A DNA stretch of 50,107 nt from positions 64,001 through 114,107 of the IMG/VR virus record IMGVR_UViG_2596583652_000001. One strand, written 5' to 3'. Positions within the stretch are counted from its first letter, which is position 1. Each line of letters opens with the position of its first letter. The position numbers were made by a program, and so were the translations under genes. Source of the stretch: a virus (taxonomy: Duplodnaviria > Heunggongvirae > Uroviricota > Caudoviricetes). The notes under the pieces are model-generated. The model worked only from the letters and a program-made list of their open reading frames with translations. It had not been told where the DNA came from and searched no databases. This document shows positions 44,628 through 50,107 of the stretch, one piece after another.

Positions 44628-45445
44628 CCACCCAGAACATCGTAAACGACCAGGGCGAGCTCGTCGGAGAGCGTCGCATCGACCCCATCTATGGCGCCGT
44701 GCTCTCCGAGGAGCCGATCGCCGTCGGGCGCAGCACCGCCCTCACGGCCCTCGAGCGTGACGAACGCTATCGCAACACCGAGGCTCCCATCACCTACAGC
44801 TACGAGGTGTTCCAGAAGCCGCCCCGCGCCGGCCGCTACATGCACACCTCGAACGGGAAGAAATACTACCCGCTCGATCCCCGTGCCGAGGAAGTGCATA
44901 TCGAGGTCGTCGCCCATCACCTGGCGACCCGCGCGCGCTACAACGGCGCGACCCAGCATCCCGAGTTCGAGGACCGGATCTTCTATTCCGTCGCCGAGCA
45001 CTCGGTCCTCGTCTCCCACTACATCGAGTCAGTGCTCGGAAAGCCGGAGTTCGCCCTCGAAGGGCTGCTGCACGACGGCTCGGAAGCCTATAATGGCGAC
45101 CTGATCCGGCCGCTGAAATACGACCCGGCCTTCCGCGCGCCGTTCCAGCATGTCGAGGCGCTGAACGAGATCGCCGGCGCCCAGCGGTTCAATCTGCTCT
45201 ACCCCTACCCGGACGTGGTGAAGATCGCCGACGAGGCCGTCACTGCCGCCGAGGTCGAGCAGATCATCGTGACGGACCCGGCCGAGGACTGGTCCGGCAA
45301 GCTGCATGACGACAGCCGCGTCGCGCCGTTCCGGATCGACATGCTGCTGCCCTTCGCCGCCAAGCAGCTGTTCCTGCGGCGCTATGAGCAGATCATGAAG
45401 ACCCGGCATCTTTACCGCGCAGTCCCAAGCGCGCTCGCGCTATAA
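44624..45445 (+). CDS. HD-domain 5'-deoxynucleotidase-like hydrolase
   Basis: FYSVAEHSVLV, GLLHDGSEAYNGDLIRPLK, KIADE; GTGA-coupled start. Confidence 0.85.
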   Translation: MTTQNIVNDQGELVGERRIDPIYGAVLSEEPIAVGRSTALTALERDERYRNTEAPITYSYEVFQKPPRAGRYMHTSNGKKYYPLDPRAEEVHIEVVAHHLATRARYNGATQHPEFEDRIFYSVAEHSVLVSHYIESVLGKPEFALEGLLHDGSEAYNGDLIRPLKYDPAFRAPFQHVEALNEIAGAQRFNLLYPYPDVVKIADEAVTAAEVEQIIVTDPAEDWSGKLHDDSRVAPFRIDMLLPFAAKQLFLRRYEQIMKTRHLYRAVPSALAL

Positions 45446-45465
45446 TGTAAGTATGCGCTAACATC
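45423..45465 (+). promoter_or_regulatory. Promoter plus operator
   Basis: TCCCA-N12-CTATAATG then TAAGTATGCGCTAACATC (45448-45465). Confidence 0.68.
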
Positions 45466-45475
45466 AGGAGCACGC

Positions 45476-45697
45476 ATGCGAAGCGCCGACGACTGGCCGA
45501 GCCATGCCGAGGAGCTCGGCCGCAAGAGCCTCGAGGTGCTCGAGAAGTGGATGAAGGCTTACAACGCCGGGAAGATCACCCGGCGCGAGCTCTACATCCT
45601 TGTCTCGGGCCTCTACGACGCGATCAGCGGCCTGGCACCCAACGCGGATCTCGACGTCATCGGCGCGGTTCATCAGGAGCTGCGCACCAATGGCTAA
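45476..45697 (+). CDS. Small hypothetical protein
   Basis: 73 aa, RBS AGGAG. Confidence 0.6.
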   Translation: MRSADDWPSHAEELGRKSLEVLEKWMKAYNAGKITRRELYILVSGLYDAISGLAPNADLDVIGAVHQELRTNG

Positions 45698-46247
45698 GAA
45701 GTTTCTGAAGGACCGCTGGATCAAGGACGCGATCTCGCGCCGCTACATCATCCCGCGCGAGGACGGCACCATCCTGCGCTGCACGCGGGCTGATCCGGTC
45801 ACCGGCTTCCCGCTGTCCGAGGACTACCGGGAGATCGTGGTCCAGGTCCACAAGAAGTCGGGCCGGGTCTATTTCAACATGACCTACCGGGGCTTCACCA
45901 AGTCGTTGCTGGTCAACCGGGTGATCGCCCTCGCCTTCCTGCCGAACCCGTTCAACCTCCCGCAGGTGAACCACATCGACGGCAACAAGGAGAACAACGC
46001 GCTGCGTAACCCGGACGGGACGATGCAGCTTGAATGGTCCTCCGGCTCCGACAACGAGAAGCACGCACACCGCACCGGCCTCAAGTCCGGCCGCGGCTCG
46101 TCGAACGCCAATGCGAAGCTCGCACCGCACCAGGTGCTCGAGATCCGCTCCTCCATCGATCCCGTGGACGTGCTGATGCGCCGGTATGGCGTCAGCCGCT
46201 CCACGCTCAACAACATCCTCAAACGGAAAACCTGGACGCACATCTGA
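45690..46247 (+). CDS. Free-standing HNH endonuclease (I-HmuI-like) with C-terminal HTH
   Basis: VIALAFLPNP...VNHIDGNKENN...LEW...DNEKHA; NANAKL...YGVSRSTLNNI. Confidence 0.8.
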   Translation: MAKKFLKDRWIKDAISRRYIIPREDGTILRCTRADPVTGFPLSEDYREIVVQVHKKSGRVYFNMTYRGFTKSLLVNRVIALAFLPNPFNLPQVNHIDGNKENNALRNPDGTMQLEWSSGSDNEKHAHRTGLKSGRGSSNANAKLAPHQVLEIRSSIDPVDVLMRRYGVSRSTLNNILKRKTWTHI

Positions 46248-46486
46248 TGAAGAAGATCCTGATCGTCACCTCCGTCACCATCATCGCTCTCGGCCTCGCT
46301 GGCTGCGAGGATGGCTCCTATTTCAGCCCCAACACCACGCAGATGAAGTCCGACAAGGTCGGCCGCCTCGAAGCGACCGGCGAGGACGTGCGCGTCTACG
46401 AGTTCACGCCGCAGACCGCTCCGAAGAAGCAGTGCGCCTTCGTCGCCGGCGAGAACAAGGGCGGCCTCGTCTGCTGGGATAAGTGA
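46247..46486 (+). CDS. Small lipoprotein
   Basis: MKKILIVTSVTIIALGLAG-C lipobox. Confidence 0.7.
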   Translation: MKKILIVTSVTIIALGLAGCEDGSYFSPNTTQMKSDKVGRLEATGEDVRVYEFTPQTAPKKQCAFVAGENKGGLVCWDK

Positions 46487-46746
46487 TGACCAGTGAATGG
46501 AAGCTCGGCGACCGTGTCGCTATCAGCCCGTCGAGTGAATGGCACGCCGACTGGCGGGATTGGGCCGGCTATGTCTGCGAGCTCCATATGTGCCCAAGCG
46601 GCAAGATCGACGTTGGGGTCAGCAATCACTATCCGCCCAAGCACCTTGGCGACATCACGGACGGCTTTGAGCCGGTCGACCTGATTGCTGCTCCCGCTGA
46701 CGAAGCGGCCGGCGCGCAGGCTCAAGAACCCAGGAGCACGTTATGA
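46483..46746 (+). CDS. Small hypothetical protein
   Basis: 87 aa, coupled on both sides. Confidence 0.5.
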   Translation: MMTSEWKLGDRVAISPSSEWHADWRDWAGYVCELHMCPSGKIDVGVSNHYPPKHLGDITDGFEPVDLIAAPADEAAGAQAQEPRSTL

Positions 46747-47303
46747 TCCTCGCCGGCGTCGACATCGAGACAACCGGCCTGCTGGCCGCCGATCACCGGA
46801 TCATCGAGGTCTATATCGGCCTCTGGAACGGCAGCACCAAGGTGTTCAGCTTCGAGCAGCGCATCGACCCGCAGCGCGGCATCGCGGCCGACGCCCAGCG
46901 TGTCCACGGCATCAGCGCGAGCGACCTCATCGGGAAGCCCACCTGGGACACGGTCGGGCCTGCGGTCTTCAAGGTCCTCAACAAGGCGTCGATGTTCGTC
47001 TGGCACAATGGCGACGAGTTCGACGGTCCCTTCCTTGATCAGGAGCTCAAGCGCATCGGCCTGGAGCTGCCCAAGCGGCCGGCGATCGACACCATGGCGA
47101 ACGGCATATTCGCCACGCCCGATGGCAAGAAGCCGCGCCTTTCCGAGCTCTGCTTCGCCGCCGGCATTCCCTACGACGCCGCCCAGGCCCACGCCGCTGC
47201 CTATGATGTGGACGTGATGATGGAGGCGTTTCTGCGTATCCAGTCCTGGGGCGAGCACTTCCAGCTGCCTGCGCTGCAGGAAGGGATCTCTCTTGCCGCA
47301 TGA
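46743..47303 (+). CDS. dnaQ: DnaQ-like DEDDh 3'-5' exonuclease
   Basis: DIETTGL, HGIS, WHNGDEFD, IDTM, HAAAYD. Confidence 0.88.
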   Translation: MILAGVDIETTGLLAADHRIIEVYIGLWNGSTKVFSFEQRIDPQRGIAADAQRVHGISASDLIGKPTWDTVGPAVFKVLNKASMFVWHNGDEFDGPFLDQELKRIGLELPKRPAIDTMANGIFATPDGKKPRLSELCFAAGIPYDAAQAHAAAYDVDVMMEAFLRIQSWGEHFQLPALQEGISLAA

Positions 47304-47316
47304 CAATCCTGCCGCG

Positions 47317-47339
47317 TTCCAGAGCGCGAGCGTCTATAT
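47317..47339 (+). promoter_or_regulatory. Phage-type promoter
   Basis: TTCCA-N12-CTATAT. Confidence 0.55.
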
Positions 47340-47394
47340 TCAAAACATCAGCGAAGACAAGAAGATAGACGCAATCAGCAAGGAGTTGAACGCG

Positions 47395-48171
47395 ATGCCG
47401 CAGACCCAGAATGCCACTGTGACCGTCGGCGCCGCCGACATCGAAGCGCTGGATATGGCGCTTATGGATCTCGACCTGTCCGATGCCTCGGCCGGCGCCG
47501 ATGAGGCACCCCTCGAGGAGGTCGTGGAGGACGACGACGAGGTGGTCGAGCAGACGGCCGAGCCGGTCGTTCATGCCGGCGCCGTCCTCAATCCGGACGA
47601 ACTGACCGACCTCGACATCGCCATCGAGCGTGCCGAGGTCTACGAGAACCAGACCGCGACGGTCGGCGGCGACCCGACCGCGACCACGCCGGCGGCTGCC
47701 AAGAGCGCGAAAAGCGCCAAGAGCTCCAAGAAGCCCAGCACCGGCGCGGCGAGCACCCCGCGGACCCCGCGCGATCTGTCGGCGGTCGCGCCCGAGTTCT
47801 TCGCGCTGCTGACGGATCTCGATCCGGCGATCGACATGACCGCCTACAAGGCCGGCGTGATCTCCACTCGGCCGACCCAGGTGAAGGTCGCCGAGAAGTT
47901 CGACAACCTCTTCCAGGCGCTCAGCGTCGGCAAGGCGCCGTCGAGCTACGTCATGATCGCCTTCAAGCTGCTGGATGAGAAGAAGACCGTCTCCTCGAGC
48001 GACATCATCGGCGCCTACAAGGCGTCCGGTCTCGGCGAAGGCACGGCGCGCTCGCAGTGCGGCCAGATCATGAACCTCTTCGCGACGGTGGCGATCGCGT
48101 CCCGGGTCGGCCAGGTGCTGACCCTGAACGACAAGAGCGCCCTCGCCCAGCGCATCCGCGACCTCAAGTAG
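47395..48171 (+). CDS. Hypothetical protein (acidic N-terminus, Lys/Ser linker, possible winged-helix C-terminus)
   Basis: ATG 47395 after AAGGAG; low-complexity acidic and basic tracts. Confidence 0.6.
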   Translation: MPQTQNATVTVGAADIEALDMALMDLDLSDASAGADEAPLEEVVEDDDEVVEQTAEPVVHAGAVLNPDELTDLDIAIERAEVYENQTATVGGDPTATTPAAAKSAKSAKSSKKPSTGAASTPRTPRDLSAVAPEFFALLTDLDPAIDMTAYKAGVISTRPTQVKVAEKFDNLFQALSVGKAPSSYVMIAFKLLDEKKTVSSSDIIGAYKASGLGEGTARSQCGQIMNLFATVAIASRVGQVLTLNDKSALAQRIRDLK

Positions 48172-48184
48172 ACGAGGTCGCGCC

Positions 48185-48221
48185 GGGCGTCAGTGAGTTC
48201 CGCTCCGTCTCACTGACGCCC
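48185..48221. repeat. Perfect 13-bp inverted repeat (terminator or processing hairpin)
   Basis: GGGCGTCAGTGAG-N11-CTCACTGACGCCC. Confidence 0.75.
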
Positions 48222-48250
48222 TCCCCGCATCCCAATCCTTCGAGGACATC

Positions 48251-48853
48251 ATGTGTGAATGGAAAGTGCCCGTGGCATCCGTCACGGCAGGCACCCGGCT
48301 CGTCTGTGACAACGGCTTCTCCTGCCTGGAAGATGGGCAGGTCGTCGAGGTGCTGGCTGACGCCGATGGCAGCCTTTATGTCGATTGCGGCGGCCCTGAG
48401 CGGCATCACCACTACATCGATGGCCAGCTGACCGTCGACGGCACACATTACGTCGGCTTCAAGCTCGAGACCGTGGGCACTCCGTCCAGTGACCGCTCTC
48501 CCGTTTTCGTCTTCGGCTCGAACCTCGCCGGCCGACATGGCGCCGGCGCTGCTCTGTTTGCCTATCAGCACCGCGGTGCTGCTCTGGGCGTTGGCACCGG
48601 CATGACCGGCAACTCCTACGCCATTCCGACCAAGGATGAGCGCATTCGGACCCGTGGTCTGGTGGAGATCGAGCGGTCGGTCATCGAGTTCATCCGCTTT
48701 GCCGAAGCGCACCCGGAAATGACGTTTCAGCTGACGCCGATCGGCTGCGGTCTCGCCGGCTACAAGCCCGAGCAGATCGCGCCGATGTTCAAGGGCGCGC
48801 CGGCGAACGTGCTCATTCCCCAGGAGTTCGCGGCCGTCCTGTCCGGCGCGTGA
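48251..48853 (+). CDS. Two-domain protein with C-terminal macrodomain-like (A1S_2505-type) domain
   Basis: VFVFGSNLAGRHGAGAA, SYAIPTK, FQLTPIGCGLAGY, IAPMF. Confidence 0.7.
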   Translation: MCEWKVPVASVTAGTRLVCDNGFSCLEDGQVVEVLADADGSLYVDCGGPERHHHYIDGQLTVDGTHYVGFKLETVGTPSSDRSPVFVFGSNLAGRHGAGAALFAYQHRGAALGVGTGMTGNSYAIPTKDERIRTRGLVEIERSVIEFIRFAEAHPEMTFQLTPIGCGLAGYKPEQIAPMFKGAPANVLIPQEFAAVLSGA

Positions 48854-48863
48854 CCAGCACAGA

Positions 48864-49550
48864 GTGTTTCACATGAGCTACCGCATTCATCGCGGGATTG
48901 GCTACGGCATGCCGTGGGCCAAATTCAATGAGCTGACCGCCCTCCCGAGAGACGAGAATGGCGCCTCCGAGAGCCTGTATTCCGTGTTCGGGTCGGCGAC
49001 GGATGAACAGCTGACCGTGCCGGATGAGCACTACAAGGAGCTTTTCTATGGCGAGTCTCGCAGGCCCGTCATTCTCGAGAAGCGCCTGCTGTCCGAGACC
49101 TTCACCAATGGCGGCCGCGAGAAGGCGGAGATCGTCTCAGGTCATCAGCTCTTTCAGATCGTCTCCACGCCCGATGATACAGAGCACGTCATGTTCTTCC
49201 CCAACGCCGACTACGGCCGGCGCTGGTATCGCTGGGATGACATGCTCGACTACCAGTTCGAGGCGTATCGCGACAGCGTGCCGGAAGGTGACGTGGTCAG
49301 CCGCGGCGACTCGTGCCCGCCCCGAGATTTCGCCAACTACCTGCCTTACGGCCACTACCCCTTCGCCAACGACCTGATGCTCGCCGACGGCACGCCAGTG
49401 GCCTGGAATCATTTCACCATCGTCGAGCGGCACCCGGAATGGCTGCCGGCCGTGCCGAGCGAGATCCGCTGGTATCTCCAGAAGCTCGGCGTGCTGACCG
49501 ACGCGGGTGTTAACGAGCTGCGCCCGCTGCTCGCGCAGTGGTGGGGCTGA
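48864..49550 (+). CDS. Hypothetical protein
   Basis: 228 aa, phage codon usage. Confidence 0.6.
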   Translation: MFHMSYRIHRGIGYGMPWAKFNELTALPRDENGASESLYSVFGSATDEQLTVPDEHYKELFYGESRRPVILEKRLLSETFTNGGREKAEIVSGHQLFQIVSTPDDTEHVMFFPNADYGRRWYRWDDMLDYQFEAYRDSVPEGDVVSRGDSCPPRDFANYLPYGHYPFANDLMLADGTPVAWNHFTIVERHPEWLPAVPSEIRWYLQKLGVLTDAGVNELRPLLAQWWG

Positions 49551-49552
49551 GC

Positions 49553-49684
49553 ATGCGAACGCTGGCGGAGGCGATTCTGGCCTTTTGGGTATGGCTCACG
49601 GAACCCTACAGCGCCAACTGCCCAGCGTGCGAGCGGCGCGGCGAACCCTGTGAGGACTGCAAATGGCACCAGGCAATCAAATGA
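49553..49684 (+). CDS. Small Cys-rich protein (not in ORF track)
   Basis: MRTLAEAILAFWVWL...CPAC...CEDC, 43 aa, ATGA-coupled. Confidence 0.4.
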   Translation: MRTLAEAILAFWVWLTEPYSANCPACERRGEPCEDCKWHQAIK

Positions 49685-49929
49685 GCACCGAAGGTATCTC
49701 CGCCGATCCCGCGCCAGCGCCGGCAAAGACCGCTTCCAGACTCACCATGCGGTGCTCGTATTGCGACAGCGAGAACGTCATGCGCGATGCCTGGGCCACC
49801 TGGAGCGTCGAGGACCAGAGCTGGTGCCTCGGCAATGTGTTCGATGCCGCCTTCTGTGAGGACTGCGAGAACGACACCAAGATCGTCGAGGGGGTGATTG
49901 GCTCGCAGGAGGGTCAAGCCGATGGCTGA
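49681..49929 (+). CDS. Small zinc-ribbon protein
   Basis: CSYC...CEDC. Confidence 0.55.
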   Translation: MSTEGISADPAPAPAKTASRLTMRCSYCDSENVMRDAWATWSVEDQSWCLGNVFDAAFCEDCENDTKIVEGVIGSQEGQADG

Positions 49930-50107
49930 GCGGCGATACGTGGTCGCCTATGGCGACCTCCTGTCCCGTGCCGTTGAGCGCGCGCCGGAAAGCTACGGCG
50001 ACAATCTTCTGACACGCGCGGAGGCGGCTCAGCGCATCGTCGAGGAAATGGACTCAGCGATCGCCTGGGCCCGGGAATCTCGCCGCAAGGCCATGCGTGT
50101 CCTGCGG
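49922..50107 (+). CDS. Hypothetical protein, 3'-truncated by the window edge
   Basis: ATG 49922 after GGAGGG; open to the end of the window. Confidence 0.45.
   Translation, partial: MAERRYVVAYGDLLSRAVERAPESYGDNLLTRAEAAQRIVEEMDSAIAWARESRRKAMRVLR

Larger units (their letters stand above)
1..50107 (+). mobile_element. Segment of a large temperate phage-plasmid (replication/recombination/nucleotide-metabolism arm) with a RepC plasmid replicon
   Basis: Co-oriented, tightly overlapping phage-type operons (DnaB, primase, ligase, DnaE, SSB, RecA, SbcCD, RuvC, RNR, ThyX, rIIA/B, many small ORFs) plus a plasmid initiator RepC; extends past both edges. Confidence 0.85.

Noticed and set aside
34339-45445. 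2-aminoadenine (Z-genome) pathway suggested by MazG-like plus HD hydrolase
   Set aside because: No PurZ/PurA-like gene seen, the two genes are unlinked, and the polymerase is family C rather than DpoZ
342-45465. CRISPR array or REP-like interpretation of the 18-bp repeats
   Set aside because: Copies are dispersed kilobases apart at promoters, degenerate, with no regular spacers or cas genes
44478-46486. Small membrane protein and lipoprotein as a spanin or lysis cassette
   Set aside because: They are not adjacent or nested, no endolysin or holin is nearby, and they lie in early-type operons

Overview
The window is the replication, recombination and nucleotide-metabolism half of a large temperate phage-plasmid from a high-GC alphaproteobacterial host. 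The host is inferred from a GTTC-N7-GTTC LexA box, a GANTC cluster and a repABC-family RepC. Almost all real genes lie on the + strand in phage-like operons: phoH; conserved hypothetical-dnaB-primase; WGR protein-ATP-dependent ligase; XRE repressor; cobT/cobS-like vWA-AAA pair; sigma70-like factor; dnaE with a UDG-like C-terminal domain; gp32-like SSB; 5'-3' exonuclease; recA; sbcD/sbcC; ruvC-like; nrdB-nrdA-MazG-like-glutaredoxin; thyX-dut-kinase; rIIA/rIIB; HD nucleotidase; HNH; dnaQ-like. From recall, this gene set resembles SSU5/pHCM2-type phage-plasmids (not database-checked). The replicon, however, is a minus-strand RHH-ctRNA-repC cassette with no adjacent repAB. The most striking unannotated signals are: (i) 16 copies of an 18-bp palindromic operator at operon starts; (ii) 15 copies of a non-canonical promoter, (A/T)(T/C)CC(A/C)-N11-12-CTATAA, next to a phage-encoded sigma-like gene; (iii) a LexA-boxed orphan gene that may link induction to SOS; (iv) two short peptide tails shared by otherwise unrelated proteins. 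No virion structural genes, integrase, tRNA or CRISPR array were recognised. Coordinates of motifs and corrected start codons were counted by hand.
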